From: Calditrichia bacterium
Lineage (GTDB): Bacteria; Calditrichota; Calditrichia; RBG-13-44-9; J075
Direction of reading: 5' to 3'
DNA: 64,000 nucleotides
NCBI GenBank assembly: GCA_020635015.1
Contig: JACKAP010000006.1
Coordinates: forward strand, 76,998 to 140,997
Shown: in pieces, positions 28,374-37,903 of the stretch
Layout: each line of letters opens with the position of its first letter
Numbering within the stretch: position 1 is the stretch's first letter
Made by a program: the position numbers and the translations under genes
The notes under the pieces: generated by a model
Database searches by the model: none
What the model saw: the letters and a program-made list of their open reading frames with translations, nothing else
Told to the model about the DNA's origin: nothing

Positions 28374-29270
28374 ATGCCATGCCATTTAAAAGATCGTGAT
28401 AAAATTATCAGCCGCTACCTGTTGCATGAGCTTAGCGAAGCAGAAGCGATGGAGTTCCAGGCGCACTTTTTCGAATGTGAGGAGTGTTTTCAAGAAATTA
28501 CTTTCAAGCGGAAAGCGTTGCGCTTGTTTCATGACCGCGGTGAAGAAATACTGGAATCCATCGAAACGGAGCCGGAGCCAGAGTTGGATCGAGCGACGCG
28601 TGGATTCTTTGCGCGCTACCGGCCGCATTTCGCTACAGCCGCAGCAGTGTTGATCGTGATGGCGTTGGTCATCCAGTTTACCCCATTGCTGGAAAAACCG
28701 GCTGACCAACAATGGCAGCGGGATATGAAGGTGCCTTATGAATATCGTCCGGGCGACAGTTTCCGCTCTGCCGGTACGCCTAGCGCAAAAAGTACGGCCG
28801 ATTCCCTGGCGGGTCAATTGCAGCGGGGGATAAACCGTTCGATGGGGGCCTATAATCAACCGAATTATGCGCTGATGCTCCAGAATATGGCGCAGTTGGA
28901 GGCGGCCGCAGCGCACTTGCGCGGGCAGCTATCTGCCCAGGATACCGCTGCCGCCATGATCCTGCGCGATTATGAATTCTATTACGGGGTCAGCAGGCTG
29001 GCCCGGGCGCGCACCCAAATAACCGACCTGGATCCGAAATACCGGGAACAGTTGCTCCAGGAAGCGGTCACGAACATCTCCCTGGCCTTAGATCTGGCCG
29101 TGGTTTATGGAAAAACCGATACCGATAAAGAACATTATTTCCTGGGGCTGGCGTACGGCTTTTCCGGTCAATTTTCCCGGGCCGTGGAGGCGCTGGAGAA
29201 GGTTACAGACGTTTCCAACCCGCAGTTTGACAGCCTCGCATCATTCCTCAAATTATGGAAAAACCGTTGA
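28374..29270 (+). CDS. Anti-sigma factor (zf-HC2 zinc finger, single TM, periplasmic helical domain)
   Basis: 'HFFECEECFQE' zinc finger and TM 'AAAVLIVMALVIQF'. It lies directly downstream of the ECF sigma gene. Confidence 0.7.
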   Translation: MPCHLKDRDKIISRYLLHELSEAEAMEFQAHFFECEECFQEITFKRKALRLFHDRGEEILESIETEPEPELDRATRGFFARYRPHFATAAAVLIVMALVIQFTPLLEKPADQQWQRDMKVPYEYRPGDSFRSAGTPSAKSTADSLAGQLQRGINRSMGAYNQPNYALMLQNMAQLEAAAAHLRGQLSAQDTAAAMILRDYEFYYGVSRLARARTQITDLDPKYREQLLQEAVTNISLALDLAVVYGKTDTDKEHYFLGLAYGFSGQFSRAVEALEKVTDVSNPQFDSLASFLKLWKNR

Positions 29271-29495
29271 AGCCTCGCCAACCGATCTTTCCTGGCCGGC
29301 GAGGCCGGTGAATTCGCTCCAGATAGTTGATGCGGTCTCGGGCCGCCGCAACGACTGCAACCGATGAGATTGATCCTCCGCCGTAATCCAGCGCCAAGTC
29401 GACTTAAATCCATCCCTGGATTTGAAAGGCAATATTCGTATATTTTCCGAAGTCAACAACATCTCAACTGCCGGATAGATTACTTCGGGGGCTTT

Positions 29496-32400
29496 GTGAA
29501 AACGAACCTTTTCGAAATTAAGAGAGTGCTTTATCCGTTGATGCTGGTCGCTGGAATAAGCACATTGTTTGCTCAGGAACCCGGGCAGTATGAGCCCGAC
29601 CCTGCTGATCTGTCCCGCCTTTATACCTTCATGGAAACCATCGCCCGGGATTCGGTCGAAGTGCAGATCCGCGCTTACCGCCAATTTGTCACCGATCATC
29701 CGGAGCAGGAGCGGGCCTGCTGGCATTTGCTGGATTTTATGGTGATGGGCGGCCAACTGGAGGAGGCCCGGGATTTCTTTCAGGAGCAGGCGCTCGTTCC
29801 GGCAGGACGGCGCAACAGCCTCTGGATGCTGGCCCGGATCTACGCCCTGGAGGGCAATGCCGCTGCCGCCTTGCAAACCTACCGGGAAGTCTTTCAAAAC
29901 GGAGCGGCCTCCTTTGTGCTGCTGGATGATTTTGCCCTGTTTATCGTCCAAAACAAACTCGACCTGGAAAGTGAAATCGCGCAGTTGTCGATATCATCTG
30001 CCCAGCAAGCGATGATCCGAGTGGAAGTGTTGCGCCGGCGCGGTGAGGTCGAGAGGGTCCTGACCGTGCTTCAGGAAACGCTCCCCGACTATCAAACCAA
30101 CAAGTATTTGCTCCATCTCGCCGCCTACTGTCATCTCAACTCCGGAGACGAGGCCAGCGCGCTGCGTCTTCTGGAAAAAGGTCTTGGGATTGCCCGCGCA
30201 GAGAATGACCGGTTTATGACCGCCTATTACCTGACCATGATGGCGAATGTTGCCGGGGGCAATCGCGGAAAGGCCTATTGGGAAGAGGCCCGCAAGATTT
30301 CCGAAGGTCTTGCCAACCTGCGCCTGTCTATCAATGTCTATGTTGCCAGTTCCTTCGCGCTGGAGGATAAACAAGCTGCTCTGGGCTATATGGAACGGGC
30401 GATTGAAATTGCTACCGCTATCCGAAGCACACCGGAGATCGTATCGGCCTGGCTGTTGAAGGCCCAGCTGGAATCAGATCTGGAAAATTATAACGAGGCC
30501 CTGGATGCGTTTGTGCGGACGGAACAATATCTTGCTCAAGATGGCAATGAGGTTCACCGCTACGATTTTTACCTGGCCCGGGGAAGGTTCTTTCATAAAC
30601 TGCAACTAAACCAATGGGCCCGGAAGGATTACGAAACGGCCTATGAGTGGGCCCGGCAGAATGGCATGCTTTCCTACAACTATCTCGCACTCTCGCGTCT
30701 GGCCGATATCACCCTGAAAGAAAAAGAATATGAACGTGCCATTGTCCTGTACCGGGATTTCTTGAACCTGCACGCATCGAAGGTGCGTGTGTCCAACCGG
30801 GTTTATTGGCGCTATAAATTGGCGGAAGCATACCAGGCACAACATAAATATGCCGAAGCCCAGCAGCAGTTCGCCCGGGTTTACCAAGCGGCAGATCAAA
30901 TTCCGTTTCCGGTGTATAAAGAGCGGATGAAAGCGTATGCCCTGATACAGCAGGTCGCTATTCTGGCGGATCAGGAGGATCTGAAAGGCGCAAGCCGCCT
31001 GCTTAACAACGATGATCTCCGCCAGGTGTCGAAAGACCAGCAGGATGTCAAGATTGCTTATTTGATGATGCAGGGGCGGTTGTATCAACAAAAAGAGGAG
31101 ACAGACAGCGCGATCGTATGCCTGGAGGAGGCATCGAGAATTATCGAGGCGCAGCGCGGGCAACTGAAAGCGGAGGACCTGCGGGTAGGGTTTTTCAGTG
31201 ATAAAAGCAAGGTATATGATGAGCTGGTCAGTTGTTACTGGCAGCGCTATCGGCATGAATCCCAGCCGGAGGATCTGGAGCAAATTTACACTGCGCTGGA
31301 AATGCGCCGGGCACGGGTACTGCGTGATCTCAAATTTTCCGGGAATAAAAATCTCCGGAGGCAATCCAAAGATCCCTTGTATCAAAAATATCATGCGGCC
31401 TGTAATAGACTTCAAGCGCTTCAGCGCAGGATCCGGTTGAACCCCGGGCTTTATAGTGACTTGCAGCTCCAGTTAAAAACCGCCCGCCAGCAGGTAATCA
31501 ATACCCGGCTTCATTTGCTGAATCAATACGGATCGGCGGCTGTAGAGCAGCAGAAACCGCGACTGGATGAACTGGTCAGCGCCATGCAGTTACGGCAGAT
31601 GAGTCTGCTGTTTTACTGTATCGCCGAAAACGAGGCGTTTGTGCTGGTGGTGAACCGGGGGGAGCCCCGGGTGATCGCTCTGGATGCAAAGCTGGCGACC
31701 ATCGATTCCAAGGTGGATTCCCTGCTCCGGCCGCTGCACGAAATGCCGCCGGGTGGAATGGTAGGAATCCCATTCCGTGCGAAACTGGCCAACGAGTTAT
31801 ATCAGATCCTGATCGCGCCGGTTAAAGCGCAGGTCGACCTGGAGGAACAGGTGATGATCATCCCCGACCTGGCACTGGCCGGGCTGCCCTTTGATATACT
31901 GCTGAGCCAGATGCCCTCCCGGGAAGTTTATACCCCGGCCGATCCGGATACCGATTACCGCGATTCCTTTCTGCTGCATCAGCATGCAATCCTCTATGCG
32001 CCCAGTTCCTGGGTGGTACGCTCCGCTTCCAGCGCCGCCGTTGATTCCAGCGCCATACTGCTGCTGGCCAATCCCTTCTCGAATGATTTGTCACGCCCAT
32101 CGGAAAATGCGCTGCCGGTGAACCGGCAGCTTGAATATTTTGAACCCCTGATTTATGCCGATTACGAAGCGCAGATGATCAAAAGCCGTTGCGAGCAGGT
32201 GGAGGTCTTCCAGCACCAGCAGGCCACGCTCAAGGTGATTGATTCCCTCGGCAGCCGGTATGGGGTGCATCATTATTCGACGCACAGCTTTATCGATAAC
32301 GAGTTTGGGGCGTTTTCCGGCCTGTTTTTTGCCCTGAGTGATGATTCAACCGACGATGGCCTGCTGACGGTTTATAAGATTGCCGATCTGGAACTGAATT

Positions 32401-32855
32401 GTGACCTGGTATGTCTGAGCGCCTGCGAGAGCGGGGCGGGAAAGTTGGTGCGGGGTGAAGGGGTGATGGGAATGCCCCGGCAGTTCCTGGCCGCGGGCGC
32501 CCGCCGGGTGCTGATGAGCCAGTGGCTGGTCTCCGACCGCTTTAGCTCGCTGTTGATGCCGCTGTTTTACGAAGGAGCTATTGGGGAGCGTCAGCCCAAA
32601 GCGGTGGCGCTGCAACAGGCGAAGGTCGGCCTGCTGAGCCAGGTATCCGAAGAGCAATTGCGCTATGCCCATCCGTTTTTCTGGGCCGGTTTTACCCTCT
32701 ACGGCGAGCCGGAGATTGCGCTCGGCCCGCGCTTTCCGCTCTTTTCCGGAAACTGGTGGTTTGTCCTGCTGCTGGGCGCTATTGCCGGTGGGTATTTTGT
32801 CGCCGTCTGGCGCCGAATGAACGGCACCCCCCATTCTCGCGACCGGCGCACCTAG
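29496..32855 (+). CDS. Multi-TPR protein with C-terminal CHAT (caspase-like) peptidase domain and C-terminal TM anchor
   Basis: TPR-like repeats throughout. CHAT His/Cys core 'YSTHSF...LVCLSACESGAG' and terminal TM 'WWFVLLLGAIAGGYFVAVW'. GTG 29496 gives a signal peptide (KTNLFEIKRVLYPLMLVAGISTLFAQ); alternative start is ATG 29364. Confidence 0.75.
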   Translation: MKTNLFEIKRVLYPLMLVAGISTLFAQEPGQYEPDPADLSRLYTFMETIARDSVEVQIRAYRQFVTDHPEQERACWHLLDFMVMGGQLEEARDFFQEQALVPAGRRNSLWMLARIYALEGNAAAALQTYREVFQNGAASFVLLDDFALFIVQNKLDLESEIAQLSISSAQQAMIRVEVLRRRGEVERVLTVLQETLPDYQTNKYLLHLAAYCHLNSGDEASALRLLEKGLGIARAENDRFMTAYYLTMMANVAGGNRGKAYWEEARKISEGLANLRLSINVYVASSFALEDKQAALGYMERAIEIATAIRSTPEIVSAWLLKAQLESDLENYNEALDAFVRTEQYLAQDGNEVHRYDFYLARGRFFHKLQLNQWARKDYETAYEWARQNGMLSYNYLALSRLADITLKEKEYERAIVLYRDFLNLHASKVRVSNRVYWRYKLAEAYQAQHKYAEAQQQFARVYQAADQIPFPVYKERMKAYALIQQVAILADQEDLKGASRLLNNDDLRQVSKDQQDVKIAYLMMQGRLYQQKEETDSAIVCLEEASRIIEAQRGQLKAEDLRVGFFSDKSKVYDELVSCYWQRYRHESQPEDLEQIYTALEMRRARVLRDLKFSGNKNLRRQSKDPLYQKYHAACNRLQALQRRIRLNPGLYSDLQLQLKTARQQVINTRLHLLNQYGSAAVEQQKPRLDELVSAMQLRQMSLLFYCIAENEAFVLVVNRGEPRVIALDAKLATIDSKVDSLLRPLHEMPPGGMVGIPFRAKLANELYQILIAPVKAQVDLEEQVMIIPDLALAGLPFDILLSQMPSREVYTPADPDTDYRDSFLLHQHAILYAPSSWVVRSASSAAVDSSAILLLANPFSNDLSRPSENALPVNRQLEYFEPLIYADYEAQMIKSRCEQVEVFQHQQATLKVIDSLGSRYGVHHYSTHSFIDNEFGAFSGLFFALSDDSTDDGLLTVYKIADLELNCDLVCLSACESGAGKLVRGEGVMGMPRQFLAAGARRVLMSQWLVSDRFSSLLMPLFYEGAIGERQPKAVALQQAKVGLLSQVSEEQLRYAHPFFWAGFTLYGEPEIALGPRFPLFSGNWWFVLLLGAIAGGYFVAVWRRMNGTPHSRDRRT

Positions 32856-32905
32856 AGGCCTTTTTAAATTCTCGCCAGAGAGGCGAATATTGACAAAAGA
32901 TTATT

Positions 32906-33892
32906 TTATTCGGTAGGATATCGCAGGTTCCACTGGCGGCGCAGGGTATCCATGATGCGCATCAGCGCCAGCGACTCATCCAGGGGCATCGTTTCACTCT
33001 CGGTTTTACCGGCGGCCAGGCAGTGCATTACTTCCCGGGCTTCGTAAAGGTAGCCGTGTCCGCGATAAGGGGTGGGAAATATTTGCGGTTCCCGCCCTTC
33101 CGGGATAACGGTCAGGCTTTCCGGACGGTAGAGCGGGCCATGAATTTCAATCCGGCCCTCGCTTCCCAGCAGCACCGCGCCGCCCGGGGCAGCGGTACGC
33201 ACTGCGGCGAACAGGGAGGCCAGCTGTCCCTCCGGGTATTGCAGCATGAAGGCGCATTGCTCATCGACCCCGGTGGCGCCGATGTGGGCAACCCCCCGGA
33301 TGTCTGCCGGAGCTGCGCCGAAGATCATCGCCGCCAGGGCGAGGGGGTAGATGCCTAAATCCAGCAGCGCCCCGCCTCCCAGCGCCGGATCGAATAGCCG
33401 GCCGGAGGGATCGAAGGGGGCCCGGAAGGCCAACTCCCCGCGCAGCATTCGCTGCTCGCCGATCGTTCCCGCCGCCAGCAACTCCCGCAGCTTGATCAAA
33501 GCCGGTTGAAAACGGGTCCACATCGCTTCCATCAGGAAAAGCTTTTCCCGGCGGGCGAAAGCGATCAACTGTTCCGCCTCCCGGGCGTTGATGGTAAAGG
33601 CTTTCTCGCACAGCACCGCCTTGCCGTGCTGCAAGCAGAGCAGGCTGTCGCGATAGTGGAAAATATGCGGGGTGGCGACGTAGATAATCTCCACTTCCGG
33701 ATCGGCGGCCAGGGCTTCGTAACTGGCATGGCGGCGGGGGATATGATATTGCGCTCCGAAAGCCTCGGCATTTTCCCGGCTGCGCGACCCTACCGCTACC
33801 AGTTCCGCCTCGGGCAGCAATTGAAGGTCGGCGGCAAACTGATGGGCGATCCGCCCCGGCCCCAGGATGCCCCAGCGGTATTTACGGCTCAT
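32906..33892 (-). CDS. Gfo/Idh/MocA family NAD(P)-dependent oxidoreductase
   Basis: 'WGILGPGRIAHQFAADL' Rossmann start and 'EKAFTINAREAEQL'. Confidence 0.85.
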   Translation of the reverse strand: MSRKYRWGILGPGRIAHQFAADLQLLPEAELVAVGSRSRENAEAFGAQYHIPRRHASYEALAADPEVEIIYVATPHIFHYRDSLLCLQHGKAVLCEKAFTINAREAEQLIAFARREKLFLMEAMWTRFQPALIKLRELLAAGTIGEQRMLRGELAFRAPFDPSGRLFDPALGGGALLDLGIYPLALAAMIFGAAPADIRGVAHIGATGVDEQCAFMLQYPEGQLASLFAAVRTAAPGGAVLLGSEGRIEIHGPLYRPESLTVIPEGREPQIFPTPYRGHGYLYEAREVMHCLAAGKTESETMPLDESLALMRIMDTLRRQWNLRYPTE

Positions 33893-34979
33893 CGGATACC
33901 TCGGGACTCGGGATGCTGATCTTCAGGCGGGCGATGCGTCCTTCGGAGCCGGCGGCCCAACAGTCGCCGAAAGGCCCCACCGCCAGGGTGTAATAGCCTT
34001 CCGCACTAAATGGCGCCCAGCTTTCTCCTTCATCAAAAGAATAACTGCAGCCGGATGCGCCTGATGCCACTAGGGCGGTGCGTTCACCCACCTGGAGATA
34101 GATGACGCAGGAGCGGTAAGTCATGGCGGCGGAGTCGGCCAGCGGCTGCCAGGTGCGTCCGCCGTCGTTGGTGCGGGCGGCATTGTGGTTGGCTGAATCC
34201 GGCTGCCGGAAATCGCCTCCGACCGCAATGCCGTTAAGTGCATCACGGAAGGCGAGGGAGAAGATGCCGGAAGATGGGGTGCCGCTCATGACCGGGGTGT
34301 CACTGACCTCCCAGTTGCGGCCGCTGTCGGCGCTAAAGAACACCCGGGCGGCGGTGCCGCCGCTGGCAATCCATGCCCGCCCCTCCGCGCCGGCGATCAG
34401 GCAGCTTCCGCTGGCGGCGAAAGCATATTCGCCTTCTTGCGCCGGTGGGATCTGGATCCGGGGCACTTCCAGCCAGGTTTGTCCGGCATCAGAAGTGCGG
34501 TAAATGACAAATTTGCCATCGACCGGATCGCTGAAGACGATGCCGTTCCGGGCATCCCAAAAGTCCATGCTGCTGAAGAAGCCCTCCGGATGGGGGCAGG
34601 TTAGCTGCAAGGCCCAGTTCTCGCCCCGGTCGGTGCTTTGGTAGATGCGCGACAGCTCGCCGTTGCCGGCGCTCATCAGGTACACCGTATCGCCGAAGGC
34701 ATGCACATCGCGAAAATCAAGGCTGCCGCCGTCCGGCATCCGCCCCGACCGCCAACTGGTGCCGCTGTCGCTGCTGACGGCATACTGCCCGCTGGCCCCG
34801 CTGACCCAGATGTCCCCATTGGCTGCCAGGGAGATGCCGCGCAGGGGCACCACCAGGCCGGCGTCAACCGGGATCCATTGCATCAGCACCGGTGCCGGGC
34901 CCATCAATTGCTGCGCCTGGAGGGAGACGGTCAGCCCGGCAAGCAGAATGCCCCAAAAGAAAAAATGATGTTTACCCAC
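33882..34979 (-). CDS. Secreted BNR/Asp-box repeat protein (Ycf48-like / sialidase-like beta-propeller)
   Basis: Five Asp-boxes 'STDRGENW', 'TSDAGQTW', 'SADSGRNW', 'TNDGGRTW' and 'SFDEGESW', plus a signal peptide. Confidence 0.8.
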   Translation of the reverse strand: MGKHHFFFWGILLAGLTVSLQAQQLMGPAPVLMQWIPVDAGLVVPLRGISLAANGDIWVSGASGQYAVSSDSGTSWRSGRMPDGGSLDFRDVHAFGDTVYLMSAGNGELSRIYQSTDRGENWALQLTCPHPEGFFSSMDFWDARNGIVFSDPVDGKFVIYRTSDAGQTWLEVPRIQIPPAQEGEYAFAASGSCLIAGAEGRAWIASGGTAARVFFSADSGRNWEVSDTPVMSGTPSSGIFSLAFRDALNGIAVGGDFRQPDSANHNAARTNDGGRTWQPLADSAAMTYRSCVIYLQVGERTALVASGASGCSYSFDEGESWAPFSAEGYYTLAVGPFGDCWAAGSEGRIARLKISIPSPEVSDEP

Positions 34980-34999
34980 GATTCGATCCTGCCGTATTG

Positions 35000-36214
35000 T
35001 TAATTCTGAACGTTTAACAACAGCAACTGAGAGATACTGCTATTGCCGGCCGCATCGTAAGCCCGGGCCAGCAGACTGTGCAGACCGTTGGGCACGGTGC
35101 CGGTATCCCAGTTCCAGGTAAAGGGCGCGGTATTTTCTGTGCCGGCCAGGAGCCCGTCGACAAAATATTCTACCTGGACCACCTCCTCATTGTCGCTGGC
35201 CTGGACCAGGACTGCGATGGTGCCCGATACATCGGAGAGGTTGATCGGCGCTGTAATGACCACCACCGGCGCAATCTCGTCCCCGGTTTCCGAATATACG
35301 CTAATTAGCTGGGAATAGCCAATATTTCCCTGGGCGTCGCGGGCGGTGGCGTAAATGGAATAGCTTTCTCCGCCGGCCGGCGACCAGCTCGCTTCATAGG
35401 GGGGCGTTGCGACCGAGGTCAGGGAATCGCCGTCGATGTAGAAGGTCACCGCTTCTACCGCCACATTATCCGATGCCTCGGCGCGGATGGTCACCGCTTC
35501 TCCGACAAGACTGTACGCGGCTGGGTGGGTGAGAAAGACGATTGGCGCGGTCATATCCGCCGATTCCGGATAGACCGTCACCAACTGGGAGTAGCCGATA
35601 TTGCCCTGGCGGTCACGGGCGGTGGCGTAGATAGAATAACTCGCTCCGCCGGACGGTGACCAGGTGACTTCGTAGGGGGGGGCGCTTGCCGACGCCAGAG
35701 AATCGCCGTCGATGTAAAAGGTTATTGTTTCCACCGCGATATTATCCATCGCCTCAGCACGGATGATGACCTCCTCTCCGACGATGCTGTAGGCGGCAGG
35801 CTGGGTGATAAATAGGACCGGCGCCTGCAGATCCGGGACGGTGTAGACCGTCACCAGTTGTGAAATACCCAGATTGCCGGACCCGTCGCGCGCTTTGGCC
35901 AGCAAGGTGTGGCTGGTTTCCGGACCGTCGAAAATGATCTGGAACTCGAAAGGAAGCTGGTTGTCGCCTGCCAGGGAATCGCCGTCGATCAGGATGTAGA
36001 CCTCGCGAATCTCACCGCTGTCCTGGGCATCCACCTTGACATCTACCGTGTCGCCGGTATAAGCATACTGGGCCGGTGCCGTGATGGTAACCACCGGCGC
36101 GTAGATATCCTCCGGCGTCGGCGCGACCGTTTCCACCGGATCGGCTTCGTTGCATGCGGTGAAAAAGAGCAGACTGAACAGCAAAATAGAAATCGGTTTT
36201 ACTATTTTCATCAT
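35000..36214 (-). CDS. Lipoprotein with three tandem Ig-like (about 85 aa) repeats
   Basis: Lipobox 'LLFFTAC' and a repeated module 'AP(V/I)V.IT.PAAYS.VGE.V.IRAEA.DN.AVE..TFYIDGDSL...SYSIYATARD.QGNIGYSQL'. Confidence 0.7.
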   Translation of the reverse strand: MMKIVKPISILLFSLLFFTACNEADPVETVAPTPEDIYAPVVTITAPAQYAYTGDTVDVKVDAQDSGEIREVYILIDGDSLAGDNQLPFEFQIIFDGPETSHTLLAKARDGSGNLGISQLVTVYTVPDLQAPVLFITQPAAYSIVGEEVIIRAEAMDNIAVETITFYIDGDSLASASAPPYEVTWSPSGGASYSIYATARDRQGNIGYSQLVTVYPESADMTAPIVFLTHPAAYSLVGEAVTIRAEASDNVAVEAVTFYIDGDSLTSVATPPYEASWSPAGGESYSIYATARDAQGNIGYSQLISVYSETGDEIAPVVVITAPINLSDVSGTIAVLVQASDNEEVVQVEYFVDGLLAGTENTAPFTWNWDTGTVPNGLHSLLARAYDAAGNSSISQLLLLNVQN

Positions 36215-36235
36215 CCCAAACTCCTGCTTTTTTTG

Positions 36236-36470
36236 TCCACGGATTACACGGATGAGACAGATGTTATGCACTCACGGCTGAAAACATGATTTATGCTGTC
36301 ATTGCGAGGCGTTTTTTCCGAAGCAATCTCCCGCAAGGTGCAACCATCTGCAGTTAAATTGTAAGCGATCCGCATGAGATTGCCGCGCCGCACGCTACGC
36401 GGCTCGCAATGACAGCACCCGATGACGACCTGAGTTTCATTTAATCCGTGAAAATCCGTGTAATCCGTGG
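36236..36470. repeat. Nested long-range palindromes: outer 17-bp arms CCACGGATTACACGGAT / ATCCGTGTAATCCGTGG, inner 15-bp arms TGCTGTCATTGCGAG / CTCGCAATGACAGCA
   Basis: Seen directly. The inner arm resembles the TGTCATTCCGAGG hairpin family (25529, 57988). Confidence 0.75.
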
Positions 36471-36526
36471 ACCGATTTTCTTCTATCGTTTAAATACTCC
36501 CGCCCTCCGCACTCCGCACTCCACCC

Positions 36527-37903
36527 TCAGCCCTTCGCGCTTCGCCCTTTGCCATCTTTTTCCAGCCAGGGCGGCAGCGCTTCCAACTGCTGCACGTATT
36601 CGGTGTTTTCCGCCTGGCGGATGACGGCAATGCTTTTATCCTCACCGATCATCACCACATTGGGACGGAGGTGGATGAACTGCATCCATTGGGTGTTGTT
36701 GTAGGCCCCGACCGGAGAGATCACCACCTGGTCGCCTTTCTCCAGGTAGGGCATCTGGATGGTGTTGCAGATCTCATCGATCTGCATGCACAGCGGTCCG
36801 TAGATGTGATGAGCCTCCTGATTCAACTGGGCTTTATTCTCCGCCGGCAGGATGGTATGGTCGTACCAAAAGGAGGTGAACAGCAGATTGACCCCGGCGT
36901 CCAACACCAGCATGCGCATGCCGCTGTTCATGCGCTTGGTGGCGACCACCTGGGCGATCAGGAAGGCCGACTCATCCACCAGCCCCCGCCCGGTCTCCAG
37001 GAAGAGGGTGGGCAACTGCGCTGCCGGGAAGGCGTTGAGCAGCTCCGCGGTGATCGCCTCGGCATACTGGTCGAAGGAGGGGATGGTCTGGTAGGCCGCC
37101 GGGTAGATCGACGCCTTGAGCTTGTTGTGCGAGGCGAAGCCGCCTCCGATATCGATATAGCGGATCTTGATGCTCTCTGCCTGCTGGATCTGCTGAACAA
37201 AGCCGATCAGCTTGCGCACCTGTTCGCGGTAAACCTCGGCGTTGAGCACAAAGGTGCCGATATGGGAATGGATCCCCACCAGGCGCAGCCACTTGCTGGC
37301 GGCGATCCTCCGTGCCGCCTCGAAGGCCTGCCCGCTCTCCATGTTGAGGCCAAATCGATCCCACGACTGCAAAGTAGAGAGGTTCATATTGACCCGCATG
37401 CCGATCTCGACTTCCCGGCCGAGGTCCTCGGCAATCTGTTCGATCTCGTAAATTTCATCGAAGCTGTCGATGTTGATCATCGCTCCATCCTGAACCGCGA
37501 TTTGCAGTCCGCGAGGCGACTTGTACGGTCCGTTGAAGATGATCCGGTTGCCGGGATTGCCCATCTTGCGGGCCAGTTCATATTCCCATTCCGAGACCAC
37601 CTCCGCCCAGGCGCCGAGCTGGTGATAGCTCCGGCATACCGCCTGCAGATAGTTGGTCTTGTAGCTCCAGGCGAAATGTACTTTGGGATATCGTTTAGAG
37701 AAAGCCCGGTAGGCATTCTGGAAGATCTCCTTCAGCCGCGGGTAGGAATAGACAAAGAGCGGGGAGCCGTAGGCGGCGGTCAACTCGCTGACCGGGATGC
37801 CTTCGATATTGTCCTGAAAGCCGCTGGTCTGCGGTGTGCCGAATTTGCTGGTAATGCCCATTTGCCGCCGCGATATCGCCGGTTTTTGATAGGTCTTTTT
37901 CAT
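36527..37903 (-). CDS. Fold-type III PLP-dependent decarboxylase (Orn/DAP/Arg decarboxylase family 2; LysA/BtrK-like)
   Basis: PLP-Lys context 'FAWSYKTNY', 'IDIGGGFAS' and C-terminal 'GPLCMQIDEI'. Its start overlaps the ATP-grasp stop by 4 nt. Confidence 0.8.
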   Translation of the reverse strand: MKKTYQKPAISRRQMGITSKFGTPQTSGFQDNIEGIPVSELTAAYGSPLFVYSYPRLKEIFQNAYRAFSKRYPKVHFAWSYKTNYLQAVCRSYHQLGAWAEVVSEWEYELARKMGNPGNRIIFNGPYKSPRGLQIAVQDGAMINIDSFDEIYEIEQIAEDLGREVEIGMRVNMNLSTLQSWDRFGLNMESGQAFEAARRIAASKWLRLVGIHSHIGTFVLNAEVYREQVRKLIGFVQQIQQAESIKIRYIDIGGGFASHNKLKASIYPAAYQTIPSFDQYAEAITAELLNAFPAAQLPTLFLETGRGLVDESAFLIAQVVATKRMNSGMRMLVLDAGVNLLFTSFWYDHTILPAENKAQLNQEAHHIYGPLCMQIDEICNTIQMPYLEKGDQVVISPVGAYNNTQWMQFIHLRPNVVMIGEDKSIAVIRQAENTEYVQQLEALPPWLEKDGKGRSAKG

